Positions 1-10,631 of a DNA stretch of 64,000 bases are shown in pieces. The DNA is from an uncultured Planctomycetota bacterium (GTDB lineage Bacteria > Planctomycetota > Planctomycetia > Isosphaerales > Isosphaeraceae), in the NCBI GenBank assembly GCA_963845755.1, contig CAWJTV010000033.1, positions 288,001-352,000 on the forward strand, read 5' to 3'. Under the pieces are notes generated by a model that ran no database searches, was not told where the DNA came from, and was given only the letters and a program-made list of their open reading frames with translations. The position numbers and the translations under genes were made by a program. How positions within the stretch are numbered: the first letter of the stretch is position 1; each line of letters starts with the position of its first letter.

Positions 1-1401
1 GATCCGACCGGCCGGCTCTATCGGAATGTGGGCACCTGGCAATTCGAGGATATCACCGATCGGGCTGAGGTGCCTGGCCCGAACTATGCGATGGGTGCAG
101 CGGTGGGCGATTACGACAACGATGGACGCCTCGATCTCCTCGTGACCGGTTGGCGGGATCAACGACTCTATCACAACCTCGGAGGAGGACGGTTCGAAGA
201 CGTGACACGCAAGGCCGGCCTGATCTCGAACCTCTGGAGCACCTCGGCGGCTTTCGCCGACCTCGATGGAGACGGCGATCCGGACCTCTTCGTGGCCGGT
301 TACGTCGAGTTTGATCCGCAATCGTCGCCGTTTTGCGCGACGCCCGACGGCCGCCGCGACTACTGCGGCCCCGAGGACTTCCCGGCGCAATCCGATCGAC
401 TCTATCGCAACAACGGCGATGGGACGTTCACCGACGTCTCGAAATCGGCCGGGCTCGACCTGCCGGAGGGCAGGGGACTGGGGGTCCTCGTGGCCGAGCT
501 GACGGGCGATCATCGACCCGACCTTTACGTGGCGAATGACTCGTCCCCCTGCTGGCTCCTCGCCAACCAGGGCGATCTGCACTTCGAAGAGATCGGCGAG
601 GAGTCCGGCGTCGCCCGGGACGGTCATGGCGAGGTCCTCTCGGGGATGGGTGTGGCGCTGGGGGACCTCGACGACGATGGGCTCTCCGACTTGGCCGTCG
701 CCAACTTCCACGAACGGTCCACGATTGCCTTTCGCGCCCAGGGCCGGCCGCGCGGGGTCTATCGCGATGCGTCGAGCTGGCTGGGGCTGGCCGCCGCCAC
801 CCGGCAGGTCCTTGGATTCGGCCTGGCGCTGGTGGACTTCGATGGCGACGGACACGTCGACCTCTTGCAAACCAACGGCCACGTGCTCGATCGCGCGCGC
901 CTGGGCACACCGTTCGCGATGCGCCCGACGCTGCTCCGCAACACCGGTGCACCCCCGCTCCAGGATGTCGCAACCACCGCCGGTGCCTGGTTCGACCGGC
1001 CCTGCCTGGGACGCGGCCTGGCGGTCGGCGACCTGGACGGCGACGGCCGACCCGATGTCGTAGCCACCGCTCTGGACGCCCCCGTAGCGTTGCTTCAGAA
1101 TATCTCGAAGGGTGGACGATACCTCAAGCTCGAGCTGGTCGACCGTCACGGTCGGCCGGCCGTCGGGCGCGGGTGCGCGTCGACGGCAGGCGGGCGGATC
1201 CAGGTCGGTCAGCTCGTAGCGGGGGGTAGCTATCTCGCTGCGTCCGAGCCGAGCGTCGGCTTCGGGCTCGGCGAGGCCCGGAGCGTCGCACGGATCGAGG
1301 TTGACTGGCCCTGGGGATCTTCGGAAGCGTGGACCCGACCCGAATTGCCGGCCCAGGGTCATCTCCGACTCGTTCAAGGGACGGGGCGACCGATTCCCTG
1401 A
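1..1401 (+). CDS. CRTAC1-family FG-GAP repeat protein with C-terminal ASPIC/UnbV domain (5' partial)
   Basis: Frame open from base 1; repeated GDYDNDGRLDL/ADLDGDGDPDL/GDLDGDGRPDV motifs; C-terminal GGSYLAAS...FGLG...IEVDWP typical of ASPIC/UnbV. Confidence 0.9.
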   Translation, partial: DPTGRLYRNVGTWQFEDITDRAEVPGPNYAMGAAVGDYDNDGRLDLLVTGWRDQRLYHNLGGGRFEDVTRKAGLISNLWSTSAAFADLDGDGDPDLFVAGYVEFDPQSSPFCATPDGRRDYCGPEDFPAQSDRLYRNNGDGTFTDVSKSAGLDLPEGRGLGVLVAELTGDHRPDLYVANDSSPCWLLANQGDLHFEEIGEESGVARDGHGEVLSGMGVALGDLDDDGLSDLAVANFHERSTIAFRAQGRPRGVYRDASSWLGLAAATRQVLGFGLALVDFDGDGHVDLLQTNGHVLDRARLGTPFAMRPTLLRNTGAPPLQDVATTAGAWFDRPCLGRGLAVGDLDGDGRPDVVATALDAPVALLQNISKGGRYLKLELVDRHGRPAVGRGCASTAGGRIQVGQLVAGGSYLAASEPSVGFGLGEARSVARIEVDWPWGSSEAWTRPELPAQGHLRLVQGTGRPIP

Positions 1402-1434
1402 TTGGTCGCTTCACTCCGGTAGGGATCAACGATC

Positions 1435-2292
1435 ATGTCGACTCAGACTGTGGCGGATCGCCACACCCTGCAATGTATGGAGATCTGGGGCGGGATCGAG
1501 CCGGTGACGCGGACGGTTTCGACACCCGGACTCGACGCCTGGATCTTCAGTCAGCCGTTCCAGGGGGACGAGCAGGGGGGCGATGTCTACTACGTGACGC
1601 TTTGCGGCGGCGGCCTGATCACGCGGATCGTGGTCGCCGACGTCTCGGGGCATGGCTCGGCGGTCGCCGAGTTCTCGCTGGCCCTCCGGGCGCTGCTTCG
1701 CAAGAACATCAACCAGAAAAGTCAGCGACGGCTGGTCGGTCAGCTCAACCGGCAATTCGCCGAGATGGCCGAGATGCGCCGGTTCGCGACGGCGCTGGTG
1801 GCAACCTACCTGACTTCCACGGATCGGATCTCGGTCTGCAACGCGGGGCATCCCCGCCCGTTGTTCTATCGGGCAGCCGATGGCGAGTGGTCGCTGCTTG
1901 CACCGAAGACCGAGGACGATGCCGGCGTCGCGAACTTGCCCTTGGGTCTCGACGAAATGACCCGTTACCGCCTGTTCGACCTGGAGCTGGGACGGGGAGA
2001 TCTCCTCCTGTTATACACGGATGCCCTCATCGAGGCCGCGGATGTCGAGGGGCGGCTGCTCGGCGAGGGGGGACTCCTGGAATTCGCCCGCCAGCTCGAC
2101 CTGTCTGACCCCAGCCCCGCCGCGATCGGCCCGGCGCTGCTGGAGGCGGTCGCTCGCTACCGGCAGCACCGCCCCGCCGAGGATGACGTGACCCTGATCG
2201 TCATCCACCACAACGCCACGGCGTCCCCAAGGTTGTCTCTGGGCCAGAAGGTCGATGTTTATGCGAAGGTCTTCGGCTTGAAGCGGGTTTGA
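1435..2292 (+). CDS. PP2C-family (SpoIIE/RsbU-like) Ser/Thr phosphatase, no sensor domain
   Basis: GGDVYY, VADVSGHG, CNAGHPRP, LYTDALIE and EDDVT motifs. Confidence 0.9.
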   Translation: MSTQTVADRHTLQCMEIWGGIEPVTRTVSTPGLDAWIFSQPFQGDEQGGDVYYVTLCGGGLITRIVVADVSGHGSAVAEFSLALRALLRKNINQKSQRRLVGQLNRQFAEMAEMRRFATALVATYLTSTDRISVCNAGHPRPLFYRAADGEWSLLAPKTEDDAGVANLPLGLDEMTRYRLFDLELGRGDLLLLYTDALIEAADVEGRLLGEGGLLEFARQLDLSDPSPAAIGPALLEAVARYRQHRPAEDDVTLIVIHHNATASPRLSLGQKVDVYAKVFGLKRV

Positions 2293-2436
2293 GCCGACGT
2301 GGACACTCCGATTCTCGAAGGGGATGAGCCGGGAACGTGGCGCTGCCGCGTCGGGACCGTTCACTCGAGGGTCGGTCCGGGCCCCTTGCCCTTGGGTGCG
2401 GGACGAGCTTTGCCACGCGGCCGGCTCGCGATGACC

Positions 2437-3912
2437 TTAGCGGTGTGCTCGCGAGCCCCCTTCATCGACTCCAGTGGGAAGTTGGGGAAGTCCGGCCATG
2501 TGGTGAGACGGTCGCCGACGGCCTGGAACTCGGCGTGTCGCCTTGGGGTAGTGGGCGCCGAGCCAGCAGAGCATGGCGTACTTGCTCCGCGCGACGTTGT
2601 CATTGGGGTAATGCTCCAGATACTCGTCGTAGACCGACTTGATCTCCGACCAGACCTCGGGGGATCTCATGTAGGCCACCTGCTTGTCCCGCTCGAGCAT
2701 GCCCCGGTACCGCAGGTGGGCGTCGCCGACGAGCAGGGTGATCCTGGCGCGCCAGTTCTTCGTCGCGCGGCACGCCTTTCCGAAGGCGATCATCTCCTCG
2801 GCCGTATCTCCTCCGTACCACTTGGGGTCGAGCCAGTCGAGTTTCGTCAAGCACGCCGCCTCGTCGTTCCCGTTGGAGTTCATGGCGCGCTCGAACCAGG
2901 TCTCCATCGCCTCGCGGTCTCCGCCGCCAATCCCTTTCTCCACGTCCAACATGAGGGTCGCAACATGGGGTTCGTCCGGTTTCAGCCTCCAGGCTTCTTT
3001 CAAGGCTTCGCTCGCCGCCTGGAGCCGCCCTTCGAAGGAACGGAACTGCGGTTCGGTGACGGCAGGAGCGAAGGCGTTTGTCCGCGCCTCCCAACCCCAC
3101 ATCAACAGGAAATACCCCTTGACCGTGAGCCGCAGGGGCTCGATCCCGGAGACCTTGGCGAGGTAAGCGTCGACGCGGTCGAAGGCGGCCTTGTAATCGC
3201 CGGAAAGCTGGCGGTGCATCCCCACGACCTGGTTGATCGTCTCGTACCAGGCCGCCTCCCAGTCCTCGTTTCTGGGATCCTCGGCAACGCTCTTCGGTAG
3301 GAGATCGAGGATCGCATCGAGCTTCCAATCCACCCCGCGCCGCTCCTCCGCACTGAGGTTCGGCTTCCCGGTCTTGCGTTCGAGGTCCATTCTCAAAGCG
3401 ACGGCCCGACGGAGGGGGGAGTGCGAACTGCTGGACATCGCGTCAGCGGCGACCTGGAGCCGATGGCTATACTCTTCGTCCCCCGGAAAGGCCTTGTCTA
3501 CCGATGTGCGCGCATAAAGGTAGAGGATCAACGGGTCGTCGCAGCCGACATCGACGGCCTTCTTCGCCGGGACGTGAACGTCGTTTGGGTGGAGAACCGG
3601 GTCAACTTGAAAGGAGAACATTCGGGCGGCCATTTCGAGGGCCGCGCGGGCGTGCTCGTCCCACCGAGGGTCTTTCTTGCCGGCCTTGTCATACGAGCCC
3701 TGGAGCGTCTGGCGGTTCCACTCCAGCCGATCGCGCGATCGCTTTTCCATCCGGACCGTGTCCTGCGGGATCGGCTTATCGGCACCGATCGCCGCGGCGG
3801 CGAGCATATGTTTTAGGCTGCTCGCGGAATTCGCCGTCCGCAACCGAATCGCCACGCCGAACAGCGCGGCGGAGACCACGAATGCCAGGCTGATGAGGAG
3901 TCGATGTCGCAT
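2437..3912 (-). CDS. Exported alpha-helical hypothetical protein (DUF4034-like C-terminal region); extreme 3' end probably frameshifted
   Basis: Hydrophobic N-terminus after MRHRLL; WGWEART...F..RL..A...L..AW and LDPKWYGG motifs. Confidence 0.7.
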   Translation of the reverse strand: MRHRLLISLAFVVSAALFGVAIRLRTANSASSLKHMLAAAAIGADKPIPQDTVRMEKRSRDRLEWNRQTLQGSYDKAGKKDPRWDEHARAALEMAARMFSFQVDPVLHPNDVHVPAKKAVDVGCDDPLILYLYARTSVDKAFPGDEEYSHRLQVAADAMSSSSHSPLRRAVALRMDLERKTGKPNLSAEERRGVDWKLDAILDLLPKSVAEDPRNEDWEAAWYETINQVVGMHRQLSGDYKAAFDRVDAYLAKVSGIEPLRLTVKGYFLLMWGWEARTNAFAPAVTEPQFRSFEGRLQAASEALKEAWRLKPDEPHVATLMLDVEKGIGGGDREAMETWFERAMNSNGNDEAACLTKLDWLDPKWYGGDTAEEMIAFGKACRATKNWRARITLLVGDAHLRYRGMLERDKQVAYMRSPEVWSEIKSVYDEYLEHYPNDNVARSKYAMLCWLGAHYPKATRRVPGRRRPSHHMAGLPQLPTGVDEGGSRAHR

Positions 3913-4282
3913 CGCGGACGGCTCCGAGGTGGGGGAGAGGGTGAGGGCAACCGTACCCAGTGATCGATTCCTCTGCACACTTTATCTTGATCACACCGTG
4001 TCCACAAGGCGTCGTAACACGGGGAGAACCGTGAGAAAGTCCGGTCGGAACATTGTCATGGACCCGGTAAAGCCGCCCCAAACCGACGGAGTGCCCTGGA
4101 GCGGACCATCCCGTCCGCGACGTCCCGCGCCATCACCACCGGCGGCCGGAGGATGTGCGCGAAGGTCTCCCTTCCCATCCCGGAATCGAGTAGTCTCGGA
4201 CGAGCGAGCGGCCTCGTTCCACAGGGATTCGTGCCCCGCCTGTACCGCTCGTATTGCCGCCACGCCGCTGGGAGCCGAACTC

Positions 4283-7108
4283 ATGATCCGTGCCCCCCTG
4301 GTTTGCTTCGGGTTTGTCCTGCTGGCGCTCTGTCGCTTCATCGACGCCGCCGAAACCACCATTCCCAGGCCCGAGCATCCCCGTCCCGACGCCATGCGGT
4401 CCAACTGGGCTAATCTCAACGGGCGCTGGGACTTCCGGTTCGACACCCAGGACCAGGGGCTCCGCGAGGACTGGGGACGTCCCGATGCACCCGGGTTCGA
4501 CCAGACGATCGTGGTCCCGTTCCCATGGGAGAGCGAATTGTCGGAGATCCATCAGCCCAAGGGAGCCCCGAAGGTCGGCTGGTATCGCCGTCGATTCACC
4601 GTGCCCAAAGAGTTTCCCCCCGACCAGCGGGTATGGCTCCGCTTCGAGGCCGTCAACTGGCAGGCCGATGTCTGGGTCAACGGCCAGAAAGCCGGCGAGC
4701 ACGAAGGTGGCTATACGCCCTTCGCGTTCGATATCACCGGCGCCATCCGTCGCACGGGCGAGAATACGCTGGTCGTCCGCGCATTCGATCCGACCGATCC
4801 CAGCCTTCCGACGGGCAAGCAGATCCACTGGTACACGCCTAGCTCGGGGATCTGGCAAACGGTCTGGCTGGAGGCAAGGCCCGCCAGCTACATTGCCGAC
4901 TTCCGCATGATCCCCGCGCTCGATCCGGCCCGGGTCACTTTCTCCGTCACGGCGACCGGCTTGTCCGTCGGGGGCGATTACCAGCTTCGAGCCGAGGCCC
5001 ATTATCTCAAGGGAGGTCCGGATTTCCACGCAACGAAGGCGGTCAAGATCGGGGATGCATCGACCTCGTTCGACTTCACGCTCGACGTCCCCGATCCCAA
5101 ACTCTGGACTCCCGAATCGCCTCATCTCTACGAGGTCGTCCTTCAGCTCCGCGACGACGCCGGCAAGGTGGTCGACTCGATCCAGACCTACTTCGGCCTG
5201 CGGACCATCGGCCGCGGCAAGTACGGCGACGAGACCTTCGAGCGCATCCTGTTGAATGGAAAACCCCTGTACCTTCGCACAGCGCTGGACCAGTCGTTCA
5301 ACCCCAAGGGGCTCTACACGGCGCCGGATGACGCGTTCCTCCAACGCGACATGGTGATCGTCAAGACCATGGGTCTGAACGGGCTACGAATTCACATCAA
5401 GCCCGACGAGCCCCGGCGACTGTTCTGGGCCGATCGTTACGGCGTCTTGATCCTGGAGGACATGCCCAATACCTGGCAGCAGAATGGCAGGGCGCGCACG
5501 GCCTGGGAGAAAACGATGCGCGAGGCGGTCGCCCGGGACCGCAATCACCCCGCGATCATCGCCTGGGTCGCGTTCAACGAAACCTGGGGCCTGGGCCGAC
5601 CCGAGGATTACAAGAAGGACAAAGATACCCAGCAGTGGGTCGCCCGGATGGTCGAGACCGTCCGTGGCCTGGACGGTCACGAGCGGCTCGTCGAGGACAA
5701 CTCCCCGTGCAACTACGACCATATCGTGAACACGGATCTCAATAGCTGGCACTTCTATATCGACGACCACCGCAAGGCGCGGGAACACATCCAGCACGTG
5801 GTCGACCAGACACGGCCCGGCAGCGGCTTCAACTACTGTCCGGGCCTCTCCCAGTCGAGCCTCCCCTTGATCAACTCGGAATACGGCGCGGTCTCGGCGG
5901 GAGGCGGCGACCGCGACATTTCCTGGGGCCTCCGCGACCTGACCACCCAGTTGCGCCGACATCGTACGATCCAGGGATTCGTTTACACCGAGCTGACCGA
6001 CATCGAGTGGGAGCATAACGGACTGGTCAATTACGACCGGACCCCGAAACTGTTCGGCTACGACACCTGGCTTCCCGACATGCGGCCGAGCGAACTGCTC
6101 GGGGCCGATTTCATCGGCTACGATGCCCCGCCGGCCATCGTCGGAAAACCCGGGGAGACGATCACGGTCCCCATTTTCGTCAGCCATTTCTCCGACCGGA
6201 CGTTTCAGCCCAAGTTGAGGTGGTGGGTCAGCGGCTACGACGACCGAGCCGATATCCGGACCGTCGTCGAACCCCGAAGCATCCCCATCACCTGGCGAGC
6301 CTACGACGTGGCGGAGCTCGAGCCGATCCGGGTCAAGCTCCCTTCGTATCCGTTCGTCGGCGCGCTGATCTTGACCCTCCGCGAGCCGAATAACCAGCGG
6401 TTCGCGAGCAATTTCGTGAACCTGGTGGTCAGGCCCGAGAAACCCCTACCGCGGATCCAGCGGCGCGGCCTCAAGGATGTGGTGGTCCGGTTCGCGCCCG
6501 GGGCGTTCGCACGGCAGAGATGGTCCGAGCCGGTCAAGTCGCCGTCCGGCAAGGTCTATGGATATGGAAAGGGTTATTTCGAGTACGAGGTCCAGATCCC
6601 GGCCGTGGTCGCCAAGGCCCACCCCGAGTCGATCTACTATCTCTTCGAGGCGTCAGCCAAGGCCAGGCGCGAGCGGGTGGACTGGCCTCAGCGAGTCAAT
6701 CGGCAGGACTATCCCCAGACGGACCCCGCGCGGCCGTGGAGTTCGACCCTGTCCGTGTCGTTCAATGGCCGAACGATCGAGCGGCTCGCGCTGCCCGACG
6801 ACCCGGCCGACGCGCGGGGCGTGCTCTCACACCTAGCCGGGGTCGAGCCGGGGAGCCATGGCGAACTGGTCGACGGACAGGTCACACTCAACGAGCAGGA
6901 TCGTGCCCGCCTGGCCGCCGGCCAACCGCTGATCATTCGCTTCGCCGTACCCAACGACGCACCGCAGGCCGGCGGGCTCTGCCTCTATGGAGCAGAGACC
7001 GGGGAGTTACCCCTCGACCTGACTCTGGATCTCCATACCCGCGACCCGTTGCCGGACGATTTGGGAGTCGGCCCCGACACCCCGATCGCCCTCCCACCTG
7101 GACCGTGA
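4283..7108 (+). CDS. Glycoside hydrolase family 2 with signal peptide and C-terminal extension
   Basis: PRPEHPRP, NLNGRWDF, HEGGYTPF, SGIWQTVWLE, RNHPAIIAWVAFNETWG, LINSEYG, GFVYTELTDIEWEHNG motifs; start at MIRAPL. Confidence 0.9.
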   Translation: MIRAPLVCFGFVLLALCRFIDAAETTIPRPEHPRPDAMRSNWANLNGRWDFRFDTQDQGLREDWGRPDAPGFDQTIVVPFPWESELSEIHQPKGAPKVGWYRRRFTVPKEFPPDQRVWLRFEAVNWQADVWVNGQKAGEHEGGYTPFAFDITGAIRRTGENTLVVRAFDPTDPSLPTGKQIHWYTPSSGIWQTVWLEARPASYIADFRMIPALDPARVTFSVTATGLSVGGDYQLRAEAHYLKGGPDFHATKAVKIGDASTSFDFTLDVPDPKLWTPESPHLYEVVLQLRDDAGKVVDSIQTYFGLRTIGRGKYGDETFERILLNGKPLYLRTALDQSFNPKGLYTAPDDAFLQRDMVIVKTMGLNGLRIHIKPDEPRRLFWADRYGVLILEDMPNTWQQNGRARTAWEKTMREAVARDRNHPAIIAWVAFNETWGLGRPEDYKKDKDTQQWVARMVETVRGLDGHERLVEDNSPCNYDHIVNTDLNSWHFYIDDHRKAREHIQHVVDQTRPGSGFNYCPGLSQSSLPLINSEYGAVSAGGGDRDISWGLRDLTTQLRRHRTIQGFVYTELTDIEWEHNGLVNYDRTPKLFGYDTWLPDMRPSELLGADFIGYDAPPAIVGKPGETITVPIFVSHFSDRTFQPKLRWWVSGYDDRADIRTVVEPRSIPITWRAYDVAELEPIRVKLPSYPFVGALILTLREPNNQRFASNFVNLVVRPEKPLPRIQRRGLKDVVVRFAPGAFARQRWSEPVKSPSGKVYGYGKGYFEYEVQIPAVVAKAHPESIYYLFEASAKARRERVDWPQRVNRQDYPQTDPARPWSSTLSVSFNGRTIERLALPDDPADARGVLSHLAGVEPGSHGELVDGQVTLNEQDRARLAAGQPLIIRFAVPNDAPQAGGLCLYGAETGELPLDLTLDLHTRDPLPDDLGVGPDTPIALPPGP

Positions 7109-7266
7109 GTATGACTCGGCTCCTGAGCCCCACGTGTCACCGCGCTGACCGCCGGACCCGAACTCGAGTGCCGGACGTCCACGTCTCAGCACGGGGCTGG
7201 TTCAGGACGCCGACTCGATGCGTCCAGGGGATTCGAGGAAACCAGCGTTGCGCCGGCCCTCGGCAC

Positions 7267-7548
7267 TCAACCCCGACGCGCCGAGTCGCGATCCAGGAAA
7301 CGGTCGCCTCGTCCGGTCAACAGCCAGTGGGGATCCGCGTTGGTCAACTCGATGAACCGGAGGATCGTCTGTGCTGGTATCGTGCATCCACTCTCGTAGT
7401 TATGCAACGTCCGGAACGGGATCTTCAGGGCTTCCGCCAGAAGCGGGCCGCCATTCCTCCCATAGAGATCGACGCGGATTTCCCGGATCCGCTCGGCCAA
7501 GCCCATTTTGAGAGTCTGCCAATCGGAACTGCGAAGAGGTTTTTCCAT
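7267..7548 (-). CDS. XRE/Cro-like helix-turn-helix protein
   Basis: LAERIREIR...[18 protein letters not shown]...PHWLLTGRG. Confidence 0.8.
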   Translation of the reverse strand: MEKPLRSSDWQTLKMGLAERIREIRVDLYGRNGGPLLAEALKIPFRTLHNYESGCTIPAQTILRFIELTNADPHWLLTGRGDRFLDRDSARRG

Positions 7549-8310
7549 GGAGAAATCGCCATCCTCGAACAAGGGAGTCTCCCGAACCGCCGGGCGGTCC
7601 GTCCCACAGGAATCCCGAGTTTAATCTTTCCACACCCGACATTCAAGACGATATGTGGCAGGGTAGCACGGGACGCTCCATTCGATGTTGAAATCGTCCA
7701 ACGAACCTCCAGTGGTGGTCTTAGAGTTGCGTCATCACCGGCTCTCTGTCCTTCCACTCCTAATTTGGCAACTTTCGGTGTGATTAGAGGGGCGATGCGG
7801 GAATCATGAGGTTTTCTAGCAGTACGAGGTCTTTCTAACCAATCCCCAAGACGAGGACACGGGGGGTACATGGGTCGAGACCGGGGAATGCCATCAGAAC
7901 GCTCTTACGAACCCGATGCCCCAGCGAGCGGTATCGCTGATGGACCTCGCCGCCACGACGGGTTAGTGCCAGGCATCCTGCGCGTCAAACCCCGCGACAA
8001 CCGTTCGAGGTCACGGATCTGGGCCCATCAGCGGCATACAATTCTTCTTACCGAAACCTCATCGCGACCAGAGAGGCCGCCCGGAAGTATCGGACGGGCG
8101 CAACCGACGGTCGGACAACCACAAATCGCATGGATGTCGTTAATTGGAAACGAGTTCAATCCAATCACCGCAGCAAGGAAAGGGGAATTTCAAGAAAAAG
8201 AAAAAGCGACATGTCGCGGTCGGGAACGGATTGCGGTGAATGGTGTTGGAGTCGAAAGAAATCAGCCACGATGGCTAATTGGTGAATCGGCCGCTATCGA
8301 GGTTATTGAC

Positions 8311-8919
8311 GTGTTGCCAACTCAAGAGCTGATCGAGCACCTGTCGGACCGGATCGAGCGAGCCTACATTTTGCGGCGGCCACAATGGTGTCGCGGTTGC
8401 TCGACACGTCGAGTCTGGTCGGCGGCGGCGCTTCGTCTTTGGCAAGCCCACGTTGATGACCCCCGATTGCCACTCGATTGCGAGTTGTATGTCGCCTCGC
8501 AACCGATTACCTCGGCGCTGAGCGACCCTTGGTCGGAGCTGGCACAGCCGGAAGCGGCCCTCCGCTATCGTGGCCGTGTGCTCTGGATCATTCGCCGGCT
8601 TCGCACCGAGCTGAAACGAGAGGTCCGGCTGGCCGAACGGAGGATCCAAGAGGACGAGGGGATTCGAGCCCCGGCCCTCTCTACCAACGGCAGGCTTTCT
8701 CCACTCGGTTGCTACATCGCGGCCCAGCGGGCCGGCCTGACCGAGTTGGCCGAACGGTTCGCCGCGGCCGCGGCCCAACAACATGGTTCCTGCCCGCTCT
8801 ATCAATCGGCCAGTAAGCCCCTACTCCCAGCCGAACTCTATCCCGTGAATGGGTCCATCGTCGCACGGAACACTGAGGATGGCGTATCGCTACCCAAGAA
8901 ACTCACGGTCTTGAACTGA
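8311..8919 (+). CDS. Hypothetical protein (start uncertain; GTG after GAGG chosen)
   Basis: Protein-like helical 3' two-thirds of ORF 7870..8919; the 5' part lies in AT-richer DNA and looks non-coding. Confidence 0.6.
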   Translation: MLPTQELIEHLSDRIERAYILRRPQWCRGCSTRRVWSAAALRLWQAHVDDPRLPLDCELYVASQPITSALSDPWSELAQPEAALRYRGRVLWIIRRLRTELKREVRLAERRIQEDEGIRAPALSTNGRLSPLGCYIAAQRAGLTELAERFAAAAAQQHGSCPLYQSASKPLLPAELYPVNGSIVARNTEDGVSLPKKLTVLN

Positions 8920-9274
8920 ACGGATCCGGGACACGACCGGAATGCTCTCGGACTCTGGGAGCCCTGCGAATCCTCGCTTCTGTGAGGTCTCGACCTGTCG
9001 TTTTTGTGAACCGACCTTGAAGCTGCCTGCCATCCGAACCGAAAGACAATCCCGAGGCTGAAGACAAACCGGCCACCGGCGAGCATTCCCGGGAGGCGAT
9101 CGGTCTCGCACGCCTCGCGACCGTCCCACAAGGACCGGCCAGTCTCTCAGAACCCGTCCCTCGCACGTTGACAACCTCGGACTTTCTGGGTCCGCGCGTT
9201 GGTCGCCCCTCCGTTCCTAACAGGAATTATTGGATCATTGTGTTTTTTCGTCCCCTCAACGTAGGAGATCGTCC

Positions 9275-9466
9275 ATGCGTACACGGCGACTTTTTCAACC
9301 GACCCTCGACGAGATGTCCACTCGCATCGCGCCTTCCAGCGTGACAATCAGTCTGCCGGTCGTCGGTGCAGCCATGGAACAGCCATCCCTCCCGCCGGTG
9401 GTCGTCTCCCTCCAAAACGCCACGAACATGACAGACCCGAACGATCCCACCGATCCGCCGAAGTGA
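9275..9466 (+). CDS. 63-aa protein with planctomycete LEPRxLL-like N-terminal export motif
   Basis: AGGAG RBS at 9263-9267; MRTRRLFQPTLDEMSTRIAPS resembles RR.F.P.LE.LE.R.(L/A)(L/P)S leaders. Confidence 0.6.
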   Translation: MRTRRLFQPTLDEMSTRIAPSSVTISLPVVGAAMEQPSLPPVVVSLQNATNMTDPNDPTDPPK

Positions 9467-10034
9467 GACGGAACCGCCTGAGCCTTCTCACCCATCACCG
9501 CGACCCGCCGCTGTTGACCAGGCGTCGGTTCGGCTCCACGATCCGCCGGTTCTCGACGGACCTTCGAGACGATGACACGCGCGTCGAGCGCGCAGAATCC
9601 TCGCGACCGAGAACTCCGACTCACCCGTCGGCAATCGAAACCACAAGCTACGCGACACCGTAATCACTCCCTGCTTCCGATCGCGGCGCTGCGATCCGGT
9701 CGTCTCGCAAAGGCCGATGTTGGTCGCCATAAGTCCGGATCAGCCAGAAAGTTTCATCGATTGAACTTGCCCGGAATCGGCGACCGGCGATGGTCCGTTC
9801 CGGAAAACACAGGTCCTATTCTTTTGTCCATTATATCGCGTTTTCCGTCGCGATCAGTAGGAAAAATAAGGCGTGGGACCCTTTTTTAAAGTCAACTATC
9901 TTCCCTCCACGAATGCGGTATGGTTACAATATCGCCCATGGTGAAATTGTCGGGCGGCGGACAAGCCTCTATGCTGAGACTTCGGCACGAGCCGTACGGC
10001 ACAGGTCTGTTCGACCCAGGGGAGGTATTTCGCC

Positions 10035-10631
10035 ATGACGATGACGTGTTACGAGGAGATCGATCCAGACCTCACGAAGGCATTGCAGGAAGCTCAAGGG
10101 GGAGATCCAGCCGCTTGGGAAGCGCTCTTTCGAGCCTGCTATCCCAAAGTTCGGCGCGTTGTCCGCAGGAAGTTGAATCGGTCGCTGCGTTCGCTTTATG
10201 ACTCGACCGATTTCGCCAGCGATGTCATGAAGAGCTTGGCGGCGAACATTCGCCATTTGCAATTTGCTTCGATGGATTCGCTCCTGGCGTTTCTGGCGCA
10301 TGTCGCCGAACAGAAGGTGATCGATGAGTATCGGCGCCGGCACACGCTAAAGCGAGACATCACGCGGGAGAGGCCGATCCTGGCCGGGGGTCCGGACACC
10401 GGACCGGTACAAGTTCCCTCCGACGACCCGACGGCCAGCCAACTGGCGCAGGCCAACGAGTTCCAGGAGCGTCTCCTCGCCCATCGCGACGAGACGGAGC
10501 GCACGATTATCGATTTGAAGCGTCAAGGCTACTCGAATGCGGACATTGCCGAACGGACCGGCTGGAATATCCGCAAAGTCCAGCGATTCTTGAAAGACCT
10601 CCTGGATTTCGTGAACGACTCGGGAGGATGA
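10035..10631 (+). CDS. ECF RNA polymerase sigma factor
   Basis: GGAGG RBS; GDPAAWEALF...DSTDFASDVMKSL region 2; GYSNADIAERTGWNIRKVQR region 4; overlaps the kinase start (ATGA). Confidence 0.9.
   Translation: MTMTCYEEIDPDLTKALQEAQGGDPAAWEALFRACYPKVRRVVRRKLNRSLRSLYDSTDFASDVMKSLAANIRHLQFASMDSLLAFLAHVAEQKVIDEYRRRHTLKRDITRERPILAGGPDTGPVQVPSDDPTASQLAQANEFQERLLAHRDETERTIIDLKRQGYSNADIAERTGWNIRKVQRFLKDLLDFVNDSGG

Noticed and set aside
3677..4282. Long N-terminal extension of the GH2 ORF
   Set aside because: Overlaps the divergent gene; a signal peptide begins at ATG 4283
7192..7215. GGGGCTGGTTCAGGACGCCGAC resembles a tmRNA 5' end
   Set aside because: No matching T-arm/acceptor 3' end ~350 nt downstream; that region is the XRE gene on the opposite strand
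8937..9092. Inverted repeat GGAATGCTC/GAGCATTCC upstream of the mini-peptide as a structured RNA or riboswitch
   Set aside because: Only a 9-bp stem ~135 bp apart and no recognisable riboswitch consensus; needs an Rfam/covariation search
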